Both the position numbers and the translations under genes were made by a program. Shown piece by piece: positions 1-11,080 of a DNA stretch of 64,000 nucleotides. Each line of letters opens with the position of its first letter. Position 1 is the first letter of the stretch. The notes under the pieces were generated by a model. That model did no database searches. It was not told where the DNA came from and saw only the letters and a program-made list of their open reading frames with translations. The DNA is from Octopus bimaculoides (taxonomy: Eukaryota), in contig NC_068983.1 in the NCBI RefSeq assembly GCF_001194135.2, positions 110,098,079-110,162,078 on the forward strand. The letters run 5' to 3'.

Positions 1-261
1 GGTGCCACCTTGTTTATGGCTAGTGTTTCCAGAATCCACGTGTGGGGAACACTGTAGAAAGCCTTTTGGTAGTCCACCCAGGCCATACTGAGGCCTTTCT
101 TCTTTCTGCGGCTGTCTTCAGTTATGGCTTTATTGATCAATATTTGATCTTTACAGCCGTATGAGCCCTTGCAGCATCCCTTCTGCTCTTCTGGAAACAG
201 GTTGTTATTTTCCAGGTGTTTACTCACTCTCTGCGATATTATTGCAGTAAAGGCTTTGTAG
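1..261 (-). mobile_element. R4/Dong-clade non-LTR retrotransposon, RT fragment (5'-truncated, runs off window start)
   Basis: Minus-strand translation YKAFTAIISQRVSKHLENNNLFPEEQKGCCKGSYGCKDQILINKAITEDSRRKKKGLSMAWVDYQKAFYSVPHTWILE matches the RT subdomain 1-3 pattern (EQKG..GCKDQL, SMAWxDYxKAxDSVPH) of R4/Dong/Rex6 elements. Its 5' end abuts an (AAT)n array. Confidence 0.85.
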
Positions 262-333
<72 letters not shown>

Positions 334-349
334 ATTATTATTGTTATTT
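262..349. repeat. (ATT)n/(AAT)n microsatellite; 3' tail of the 350-1420 element
   Basis: Pure ATT run 262-330, then degenerate. Confidence 0.97.
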
Positions 350-1420
350 TCTTCTCAGAACGCTCGGTCTTGTTTGTTCTGGAAGACTCTGTGAGAGCGG
401 ACAGCAGCCTACTGTCAGAGGTTTCAGGGTCTCTTTCCGCAAATTATAAGCTTGGATACTTGGCTGTTAATTATCGTGTAAGACATTCAACATCCAAGTC
501 TTAAAATTTCGTCTTTTAATAGTCTGTATTCTTCAATCTTTTCTAGTTCTTTGTCACTTATGCGTACATCCTCAGGTATTGCAATATCTATAATCGTGGT
601 TTCATTTCTTCCTTTATTTACCACAACAATATCCTGTCTACGAGCATCGATTAAGGTGTCACATTGGATTGTAAAATCCCACAGTATCTTATGTTCCTTG
701 TTCTCAGTTACTCCTTCTGGTTCGTGTTCGTACCATTTCCGTGCTCTGTTCAGGTTATACTTTCACATAGCCTCCAGCAGACGAACTTAGCCACGTTACC
801 GTGCCTCCTTTTGTAGTGATTTTGGACCAGCTTGCTACACTCGCTCACAATATGTGAGATTGTTTCGTTTCTGCTGCCACACATCCTACAAAGGGGCAAT
901 TCGCTACTCTTATCTATATGGAACTAGGTGCAATTAGTTCTTGAGTGCTGCATATCAATACCTCAGTGTTTCCTTTCAGATCACTTTTTCTTAGTCATCT
1001 CCAAGAGTTGATCTTGTCTTTTCCTTCGATTTCTCTGAGGTATTACCCATGGAATGATTTCATTTTCCAATTGTTTACTCTGTCTTCTTCATCTTGTTTC
1101 TTACATATTTGTGGGTGCATTCTATTTTCAGTAGGTATTGTATTGTTAATTCTAACAACGGCAAGCAAGGATTCACTCTGTTGCTTGATGTACCATCGCA
1201 GACTGTTCTCGTTGACAATACAGATTTCGCATCTTATGAGGTCTCCTCTTCCCCTGTTCTTAGGCACATACAGTCTGTCAGTATTGCTTTTGGGGTGAAG
1301 TTTCTTGTTAATTGTCATCACGTTTCTAGTTTTCCTGTTCATTTCCTCAAGCTCTTTCTTTGTCCACCTAACAACACCCGCACCATATCGCATTAAGGAA
1401 ACAGCCCATGTGTTCATTGC
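350..1420 (-). mobile_element. R4/Dong-clade LINE 3' half (thumb, CCHC knuckle, REL endonuclease), pseudogenised
   Basis: ORF 1043-1417: NTWAVSLMRYGAGVVRWTKKELEEMNRKTR..LHPKSNTDRLYVP. Other frames give CRMCGSRNETISHIVSEC (CCHC) and KILWDFTIQCD..RRQDIVVVNK..IIDIAIPED (PD-(D/E)xK-type nuclease). Stops and frameshifts present; ends in the (AAT)n tail. Confidence 0.88.
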
Positions 1421-1423
1421 CCT

Positions 1424-1526
1424 TTGTCATCATCATCATCCTCATTATCGGTAGTAGTTGTATTAGCAGTATCCTCCTCCTCCTCCTCCTCCTCCTCCTC
1501 CTCCTCCTCATCATCNNNNNNNNNNN

Positions 1527-1562
<36 letters not shown>

Positions 1563-1620
1563 CCATCAGCAGCAGCAGCAGCAGCAGTACTATTAGTAGT
1601 GGCAGTAATAACAACGCTAT
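1424..1620. repeat. Compound trinucleotide microsatellite (CAT/CCT/CAG) with small N gap
   Basis: Direct reading; explains the poly-H/S/L ORFs here. Confidence 0.95.
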
Positions 1621-3574
1621 CAGTAGTTGGAGATATCTGTGTACCGTAAATTTGGAATGTTTATTGAATTTTGTTAAGTCTGTTTTAAGCCAATCGCTTC
1701 TTGAGTCGCATTAAAACTTTCTGAGATTCAGATATAAATGTTGATGAGAAGCCACAGGTGGTTGATTTCACTTCGATGTTGTTAACTGATTCACTTTGGT
1801 AAATATTGATGAATACTAATAATTCAGGCAGCCTAAAAGTTGCTTTGCCAAATACTTTAGCTTTCAAGCTGGAATTATAACGTTGGTTTGAATTCTAAAT
1901 CTGAGGCAAGCACATTATACTACATGGCAATAAAATAATTAAAAACTGATATCACACAGGCAATCCACATCAGTTCTTTACTAGCGAGGTTTTTTTTTTA
2001 AGTTTGTTATATTTTGCTGAAATCGATAATATTGTTTTCCGGAGGCGACCATCTGACAACGAAGTGATTACACAATTTTTTTATTGTTGGACATGATACG
2101 GGTTTATATGTTAATTCTAAAAATATTGTGTTTCATATTTTTGAAAAAAATTAAAAAAAGGCCTATTTTGATTTGAAGACGTGAGTCGGATCTCCTATCT
2201 CGTTCATTAACAGATCAAGCAAGTCACTGACAGCTTCGTGTTTTCTAACCGTACTCTTTTAAAAAGGTGAGTTATAAAAACAGAAATATCCGCCTCAACG
2301 CTCGATGTCGTCTCCCTTAAGTATAATAGAATTTTCATGATCTCTATTTTTATTAAATGTAATGGCGGAATTATAGGCACCATTATCACAAGCTGAGAAC
2401 TCAGAGGAAGCGACAATACAAGAAACAACAGCATCAACAACAAAAGTAACAAAATCCATAACAACTTTAACAATAACATTCTGATGAAGAATTCTTTTTC
2501 ATTTACAAACCCAAGTACAAGACTAGCAAAAATAGTGCACACAAAAATCCATAAAATCCATGTTTACATATTTTGTGCCACAGGCTATTATAGAGTTGTG
2601 AGTAACAACACCATCCAAGGTAAGCTGCACCATCCAAAGAATAGTTTCATATAAATGTATACACCGAAAACCTAAGATTCTGGAATATTTCTCACTATCG
2701 CAAACTGAAAAATTTCCGAAAGTTATAAAGGCTTATCTGAGGAGAATGGGAGACCAAGCAACTATGGTAGTAATTTGTCAGTAGAAACAAGCTAGAAAGA
2801 GTCTCCACCACAATTTTCACCCCATAAGTATATTCGTAATGTGATATATTCGCAATGAAACGGTGCGTTGCAACATAATACTGACCAATATTACTCCTGA
2901 AAGATCAAATCCTGAGCAATGGAAAGGAAAAAGATAAATATAAAAAGCTTTGTCGTAGAACTTAAGTCAATATCATAACGAAATCGGGCGGAAACCTCCT
3001 TGAAGTTTCCTGAAGATATTGGAACATTACTAACTGGTTGTTCTTCAAGAATTGAGAGCAAATGTAGGGGATTTTCGAGAGCAGGAAGCCTAAATGCTAA
3101 CCAAACACAAAAACTGACTACCTGAGAACTTTATTAGGATAAAAAAAGGAATCGAGAGACCCTCACCTCACTGCTTCCAGCACCTTACCACAACCTCTAG
3201 AAAAGATTTACAGCGGCAAAGCTAACAGTTGTATAGACGGAAAATAGCAGAATTAGCTGAATGTAAGATTTACAAATAGGAGCTTCGGACGAATCCACGC
3301 CGAAGTGTTCTACTCAAAGCAATGTTTATACAAACACAGATTTGCAAGCAGAAGCTAGGATATACGCGGACAAAACACATAGCTTTTATACTTTTCAAAG
3401 AACAAAGTGAGATTTGGAGAAATGGCAGGTAATAGGAATGTAAACAAAGTTAGTGGGGCTGATGTAACAGGCAGTCATATCAGCATGAACATATGGCAGT
3501 CCAGTCTAACAAAAGCCACAGCAGCTTAATGAAACAACCGAACCAGGTAATCCAACAACAAAAACGATTAAAAC

Positions 3575-3735
3575 AGCAATATCAGCAGCAGCAATAGTAG
3601 TAGTATAATGAACATTAGGAAGAACAATATTTACAATAACAACAACAATAATAGCAGCAGCAGCAAAAGCAACAACAACAACAATAGCAGCAGCAGCAAA
3701 ACAACAACAACAACAAAACAGCAGCTATAACAGCT
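3575..3735. repeat. Degenerate CAA/CAG/TAG trinucleotide tract
   Basis: Direct reading. Confidence 0.85.
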
Positions 3736-3859
3736 ACCACAAAAAAACCCCGGATAATACAACTGTAGCAGCAACAATTAATTCTTAGTAATTTTTCAAT
3801 TATTAGGAAGTACAAGAGTGAGTTATTAAGGTTCTAAAATAAACAAGCGCAACAAATAT

Positions 3860-5120
3860 AACAGATGACATAAAAATACATGAATTTTTTTTCTCTAAGC
3901 AAAAACGGAAAGACTTCAGATATAGACGACTGAAGGACACGTCAGTCAAATAGTTTTACAAGATCAAAACAAATAGTTTTAAAGGCCAAAACGAATTGTT
4001 TTAAAGACCAAAACAATTTTATGAATAACTAGATAAAAATAAAATAATTATCAGCGCAGCTTCAAACAAAAACAAAAAATAACAAACAGTTGAACATAGT
4101 TGGATGTCATATCTTCTCAAGCAAAAAGCCACATGCTACAAAAAAAAAAAAAAAAACCTGGAAAAATATCAAACAAATGAAAGATACAAGGGACTGATAA
4201 AATCTCAAACTTGTGGTTGAAGCATTTAACGAGTAGGTATAAATAGAAGCGGCAGTAATGAATAACATACTGAAAGAACAAATGATTGAATCACACAAGA
4301 CAAAGTACTACTCTAATACTTAGGATTAAGAAACAGAAAACCTAAACTTTACAGATCCTGAACCTACCCGCATGCAGTTTCAAATCCTTTGTTATGATAA
4401 TGTCGCAGTAGGTAGATTATTAATTGGAAAACAAAATCATATTTTTCTGAAAACATGATCAAATGACTGGTCTATAAATATGAATTAGAAATTGTTGTTG
4501 AAAAAACATCTTAAAAGCATAAATTGACTACCAAGGCCATTTTTGATAGTGTGACCTAGACATGGAACCGAGACTTATTTGCCCCGAGTAAGGTAGCAGC
4601 AATAATAGGAAGACATATTAAACTGTGATGAGTAATTGTAAACAATACTGTAGATATAAACAAAGGAACGAAATTTAAAAAAACTTACTTTATTTCTATT
4701 AGAAAGATAATATTTCGAAGGTATTTCTCCTTCCGCTGAATTTATGCCTGGTGCTGTCACCTTTAACCAGCATATTGTACCGTAATAGGCTCGTATTTAC
4801 TATACTTTTATGTGCACAATATAAATGAAAACTTGAAACTCTGCTACAGACAGCATGAGAATCTATTCAAAGAACTGATATTCTATTGAGTTTAAAAAAT
4901 ACCAAACAACGTTGCAGAGGAGACATTGACTAAGACTGCTAATGTCGTGTTGAATAAAGAATCAAAGATAAAAGAATTAGGCCAAACATAGATTTACAAA
5001 TACTTAGGAATAAATGCACACAACAGTGTGCAGCACACTCAATATGAAAGAAAATGTTGTGAAGTAATAATACAGACGCATTAGATTAATAATTAAATTA
5101 GAGCTAAATGCTAAATGAAC
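3860..5120 (+). mobile_element. Highly degenerate R4/Dong RT region
   Basis: Scattered motifs in shifting frames: GTDKISNLWLKHLTS (~4195-4235), IDYQ..FDSV-like (~4522), IKELGQT*IYKYLGIN (~4965-5015), YRRIRLIIKLELNAK (~5070-5115). Confidence 0.65.
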
Positions 5121-5199
5121 ACTCTCACAAACATACACAGGCGCGCCAACACACACAAGCAAAGCGCGCACACACAGACACATAAATACACACACACAT

Positions 5200-6760
5200 A
5201 TGCTACTCCTTACACATCCAAAATTGAAGAGAGGAAAATGAATTAAGAACACTAATATATTAGTTAAAGACAGTGATAAGAGAATTAGAACAAATACAGG
5301 CTTACACATACTTAGAAATCAATGAACTAGACAGTGTACAACACACATCTACACACATCTGAAAGAAAAAAATTAAGAAAGAATATTGTAGGTGCATTAG
5401 ATTTAATACTTAGAACAAAGTTAAAGCAGAAAGTAATGTAATAGGCATCAGAAATTAACAAACCAGACGAGACATAAAAAAACCAGAAGAAAAAGAATTA
5501 CTGTATTTAAAACACTCTATCCAAAATCTGACATAGGTATTTGCCATTAATACAGGGTGGCAGCGGCCTTATGCAACAAGAAAACTATTATACAGTATTT
5601 ACTATAGAACTGCAAAATATTTAGCAAAATGTAATAAAAGATTAATACACATAGCTATAAAGTATGATCAGAACAAACTTTGTGTTTTCTATTTCTAAGG
5701 AAGCCAACAAATAGAGATACATAGTGAAATAACAGACAGTTGATAGAGAAAACACACAACCGCCCCCCACGAAAGAATAACATATATTGTAAAGAGCCAA
5801 AAACCAGAATGAATATGTGGTTAGTAAATGCCATGTTAAAGCAATGGCAAGAAAAGTTCTGAATATACTGTAAAAAAATTGCGACCCTGTCTGAGACGTG
5901 CAGAAACTGAAGGACTCGTGATAATAATAATAAAAACTGGACAGCAAACATTCAGGAAAAATAGAAAATATGAGAAAAAATTCTTATTATTAAGGAAATC
6001 TTTATAAAAAAAGAAATGAAAAAGAAAACAACCAAAGACATTAGACATATAGTACATATATGTAATATAAAAGAAATCATCCAAAATTCAAAACACGTCT
6101 TAAACATGTGATCCTCATTAAATTGGAAATAATCGTTATGAAAAATATCATACAGCTGAAGCTCTATGATTCTTGACTGCAGCACCGGATCGAGTCCAAT
6201 TGTTCAAGAACACCAAAATAATATCATGAAGCGGAATACAATAGGCGAGTGCAGACTATGCGAAGAAACAAACACATTATCTCCAACCGCCCAATCTTAC
6301 CAAGAAAGACTACATCCACATGCATGACAGACTTATTACTTACATACATCGGATGTTATGCCAGCATCTTTCAATACCAAAATAATAGAAATAGTATAAG
6401 CATACACAAGTAAAAGTCTTCGAGGATTGCAAAGCAGTCATTCTCTGGCATGCCGCAAAACACAGATTAATATAACAAGATTAATCGACTAGATACTGTT
6501 CTCAAGCAGCACCGGGAAACTAAGACATTCTAATCTATGTATCCGCCACAACGCATGATAATGTATGGCTAAAAGAACTGAAGAAATTATCCAACCAGAA
6601 TTTAGAAACACCGGATGTTGTGTCTGAGAGCATAAACAAAAGCTATGATAGCAGGTGCTTCGAGAATAATAATAAATGTAGACAAATACATAACCCAAAA
6701 CTTAAGGACCTATAAATATGCATAACATATAGAAAATTTCACCTGCCGGGGAAAATTACA
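5200..6760 (+). mobile_element. Degenerate R4/Dong LINE, RT C-terminus to endonuclease
   Basis: IRELEQIQAYTYLEINELD, PKSDI..QGGSGLMQ, ECRLCEE..HIIS (knuckle) and AVILW, followed by a decayed REL tail. Many stops and frameshifts. Confidence 0.65.
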
Positions 6761-6769
6761 GTGTGGATT

Positions 6770-6910
6770 TTCTATGGAACTCTCGCAGATAATGAGATAT
6801 CAAATAAGCCTGACATCCTTGTACATGAGAAAAATGACAATTGCTCATAAATTACCAACGTAACAATAGCAAAATACTATAATTTTCTGCAGAAGCAACA
6901 TGATAATGTA
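6770..6910 (+). mobile_element. Short REL-endonuclease fragment of an R4/Dong element
   Basis: DFLWN...NKPDILVHEKND resembles the ILWD..NRPDIV catalytic segment. Confidence 0.5.
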
Positions 6911-7258
6911 TAGAATTACACTTACCCAGTGATTGAATTAAAAGCATCATTACACTTAAGGAATGCGTCTTTCATCTAATTTGTCATCGACAAACTATCA
7001 TTTTTGCAAAGATAGAGTGGTTGCTGAAACGATACACAAAGGCACGTTCCGGAAAATACCAATGCTACTATCTGTAAATATTATTAGAGCATTCTGATAT
7101 AAAATTTATTAAACATCAGTATGTTTTGCGAACCTTAACATTTTCAACTTTGTACATTATTATTAAACATGAATATTTCTCATAATGCGAAGTAATTTCC
7201 CAAATGTTTTCAAAGTTATCCTCCATTCTTTTTTTAAAGAGTAGAATCTCTTGATGTA

Positions 7259-8572
7259 CAAAGGGTACCCGAAAGTAACCGGAAACGTTCTGTAGGCACA
7301 AGTCCCTTCGCAGTTCAGGCTTCCGCCTCTAGAAGCCACTTGATGCGATCTTCAAGCATCAATCTGCCGACTGTCGTCGTCCACTGGAGTCGTACTGACA
7401 CCTGGTGTGTCTTTCTTTTGCACTGCTTCTCCCTTATTCGTCGATTTTTACTATGGCTGAAAGGAAGGAACAGAGTGCTTTCGTGGAATTCTGTTTTCTG
7501 CCGGGGAAAAGGCGACTGAAATAGTTGTTATGCTTCAAAAAACTTACAATGACGCTGTCATGAGCAAAACACAAGTTTACGTGTGGTTTTTGCACTTTAG
7601 GAATGGTATCTTGTCGCTTTAAGACCAATCTCGTTCAGAACGACCGTCGACCACCCGAACGTATGAAAACATTACGAAAATTCGTGAACTGATCTTGGAC
7701 AGCCGTCGCCGAACAATTGACGAACTTGTTGATATGACTGATGAATCCGAATCCTGGAGCCCCTGCCAATGAATTTTGAGTGAGGAATTGAGAATGAAAA
7801 GAGTTGCTTGCAGCAAAATCTGTGCATCGCTTGCTCACGGAAAATCAAAAGCAATCACGACTGAATGCGTGTCTTGAACTGAAGTGGATCCAGACTGTTT
7901 TTCGAAGGTTATCACTGGTGACGAAAGTTAGTGCTATGGCTACAACCTGGAAACGAAGCAGCAATCAAGTCAAAGGAAGCATTCAATGTCACTTCGCTCC
8001 AAAACAGCGTCTCAAGTGAAGACCAATGTCAAGACTATGCTGGTTTGTTTCATCGATGCAAAAGGAGTTGTCCACACAGAACATGTTCCTCCTGGTGAAA
8101 CTGTTAATCAGACATTCCGTAGCATTTGAGAGGCGTAGTGAGACGAAATGTCCCGATCAGTGGCAAAGTGGAGAGTGGTAGTTTCATCACGACAATGCTC
8201 CTGCACTCACCACCTTGAGTATGACTCAGTTTTTGATTAAAAATAGCATGATCCCGCTTACCCATTCTTCCTATTTACTGGATCTTGCTCCCTGTGACTG
8301 TTTTTTTTTTTGTTCCCCCGAATGAAAAAAGTCCTTAACAGAAAACATTTTGCAGATGTGGACGGGGTGAAGAAGAAAAAAACAGACAGAGACGTTAAAA
8401 AAAAAGGACGGAGCACAAAAGCTTCAGGAATGCTTCGAACAGTGGAAAACGCGTCCGGACTGATGCAATGCTTCAAATGGAGAATATTTTGAAGGCGATA
8501 AAAGTGTAAGAATGTAAAGCTAACTGAAAAAAATAATATTGCAAAATTTCGGTTTCTTTTGGGTAACCCCCG
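7259..8572 (+). mobile_element. Mariner (DD34D-type) transposon, near full length, pseudogenised
   Basis: Transposase from ATG ~7455: MAERKEQSAFVEFCF..MSKTQVYVWF..RSERPST..ITGDES..KTMLVCFIDAKGVVH..HHDNAPA..DLAPCD..FPRMKK. Imperfect TIRs (agggtacccgaaagtaaccggaaa at left; reverse complement of tttcggtttcttttgggtaacccc at right). Left TA at 7257-7258. Confidence 0.9.
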
Positions 8573-9120
8573 AATTAAAAAGACTGCAATACTGGGTCTT
8601 ATTTTCTAAAATGGCACTACACGAGAAACATTAAACGGACGAAACTGAAACACAACCATTAACGATTACATCGAACGAAGTTTAAAAGATATATTACAAT
8701 AATTTCCTGGCACACAATAAAGTAAAATTGCTGCAAATAAGTAAATAGATAAATGAATAATTAAATTATAATAATCATACACAAGGCACTTTTCAGTAAT
8801 ACAACCCAAACAAAACAATCTACAAAGACAAGATACACTCTATTTCGCAAATATTCAATTACATAAACAACCAGCAGCAGGACGTATACCCAACAGAACA
8901 CAACTCGCATTACACACACAACACGCAATGCAAACACTAACACAACAAAAGACTGCAACCAGACCCGATAACGAAACTAACTGACTCAGTACAATACTTG
9001 GAAGAGTGTGCACTCTTCCAGCAACAAAAAAGAACACGCAATGCTGCACACACCCCAGCAACACAGGGGTGTAACAAATGATTCAGTAAAAATTTGTCTG
9101 AAACTACCAAATGTTGAATA

Positions 9121-9718
9121 GACACAGGCCTGCAAATGCAGGAGAGGGGGTTAGTCGAATACACCTACCACAGGGCTCAACTAGTAGTTATTTTATCGAC
9201 CCCGAAAGGATAAAAGACAAAGTCAACCTCGGCGGAATTTGAATTAGGAATGTAAAGACGGATGAAATTTTACCCGGCGCGTTAAAGATCCTGACAGCTC
9301 ACCGCCTTAACAAAAGCAACAACAATAATGGTTTATAATTCTGGTACAAAGCCTGCAGTTTGAAGGAGGGCGTAAGTCGATTTCATCGACCACAGTGCTC
9401 AACTGGTACTTATTTTATCGACCTCAAAAGAATGGAAGGCAAAGTCGATCCCGGCTGAGTTTGAATTCAGAACGTAAACAGACTATCATTCTACTTTAGC
9501 AAGAAGGCCTGAAATTTTCGGCGAGAGGGATAGTTGGTTATATCGATTGGTACGTATTTCATCGACCCAGTACGCAAATTGTACTTATTTTTTAGATGCT
9601 GTAAGTATGAAATGTACAGACACCCTTCGCGAAATTTGAACTCTGAGCATGAACACGGACAAAATACTGCTAAGCATTTTCTCCTGCGTGCTTACGATTC
9701 TGCCAGTTCACTGCCTTA
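9121..9718 (-). mobile_element. Three tandem tRNA-derived SINE copies (Deu/Nin-domain-like family)
   Basis: Copies at ~9121-9307, ~9330-9480 and ~9485-9718 are reverse complements of the family best seen at 49380 (B-box GAGTTCAAATTCC; GTCGACTTTGCCTTTCATCCTTTCGGGGTCGATAAAATAAGTACC). Confidence 0.85.
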
Positions 9719-9760
9719 TCAATAGCAACAACAGCAAAAAGACAACAATAGCAGGAGTAA

Positions 9761-11080
9761 CACTAGTCAACAAAATTAAATATAATATACTCATTATGAA
9801 TGCAAAGCAACTTTTTTAGACTAATTTTTCATGCTGATTTCAAAATTCCACTCCATTTGTATGCAACACGTATCAGTTTTTCAGTAGATACATGCAAATA
9901 TTTACACATTTGTATACATTAAATCATTAACGTAATGAACGAGGACAAATTTTTAGAAAGCAAATGAGCTTATCGAGTTAAAAATCATCACTATAATTCT
10001 ACAAAGACTGAATACACAAAAAAAATGGGTCAGGCAAAACAAAGATAGAGCAACAGAGTTAGAAACATTGTGATTTGGATTTCCTGCGGTGTTCTTGATC
10101 TGGTTGATCACAGTAAAGTGTCCAGCAGTAGTGAGCCAGCATACTGTCATTCCAGAAGCTTTGGAACCGTTTCTCCATAGCACTAATGTCCTGATGAAAT
10201 CTTTCAACATGTTCATCAGACTTCTCCAAGGTTATCTGCGAAGAAATCCAGATGGGATTCCAAGAAATAAACATTCAGTGACATGCGACAACTCTTTGCT
10301 GTGTAACATTTCAGAAGATTCTTGATGCCATCCTTGTAGTTCATTGCCTTCTTGTTGCCCAAGAAGTTCTCACAGATCTAACTGAAAGCATTCCAGGCAG
10401 GTAGTTCCAGTTCATCTACTGCTGTCCTGAAGTTGACATCTTTGAGTACTTCTTTAGTTTGGAGTCCAACAAAGATACCCTCTTTCAACCTCGCCTGTGT
10501 GATTTGGGGAAACGTTTCTACAATACACTCAACCCCTCTGGCATTTCTCTTCCCTAGTGTCTTTATAAACTGTTTCATCAGTCCAAGCTTTACGTGCAAA
10601 GGAGGCAATAGGACATTACATGAATCTACAGTAGGTGTATTCTTGACGCTCGACAGTCCTGGCTGGCATGATGTTCTTGTGTGCCAGTTTGATTCCGAAT
10701 GTCTGTCAGTTGCACGACTATCCCATAAACACAAGAAACAGTAGTATTTTGTGAAACCTGACTGCATTCCCATTAATATTCCAATGACTTTTAAATCTCC
10801 ACATATTTTCCATGAGTATTTTTCATAGGCAATGGTATGAAGTACAAGTTCCATATTCTCATATGATTCATGAAGATGAACGAAGTGTACAATAGAAATG
10901 GAGGGCTTTGAAATTACCATTATGGAGAAGTACAGCTTTCAAACTTCGTTTTGAAGAGTCAATAAACAAACGCCACTCTGAAGGGTCAGGATTTTGTGAT
11001 AAACATTCGAAAAGTCCATCGATGTTACTGCGAAAGCAAAGCCGGCCTTCAATAGAAAAACAGCTTTGTAGAACCACTTA
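9761..11080 (-). mobile_element. Chapaev3-like (CMC superfamily) DDE DNA transposon, 3' portion with one terminus, frameshifted
   Basis: Joined frames: WRLFIDSSKRSLKAVLLHNGN (D1), ICGDLKV..G.QSGFTKYYCFLCLWDSRA (D2 and C2C), PPLHVKLGLMKQF (LH), KEGIFVG, MSLNVYFLESHLDFF..SDEHVERFHQDI (degenerate H-motif and E), MLAHYCWTL. Terminus taa|CACTAGTCAACAAAATT at 9758-9777. Family name assigned from memory of the motifs. Confidence 0.75.

Noticed and set aside
350-1420. In-frame TGA codons in retroelement frames as possible selenocysteine
   Set aside because: They co-occur with TAA stops and frameshifts and fall at positions where Trp is expected; ordinary decay explains them.
1408-1714. Poly-His/Gln/Ser/Leu ORFs (also 19751-20140 and 12652-13148)
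   Set aside because: Translations of trinucleotide arrays in several frames on both strands; no flanking domain or splice support.
2540-3560. Moderately complex sequence between Dong fragments (also 8580-9110 and 13850-14130)
   Set aside because: May be further decayed LINE sequence, but I could not recover convincing motifs, so it is left unannotated.
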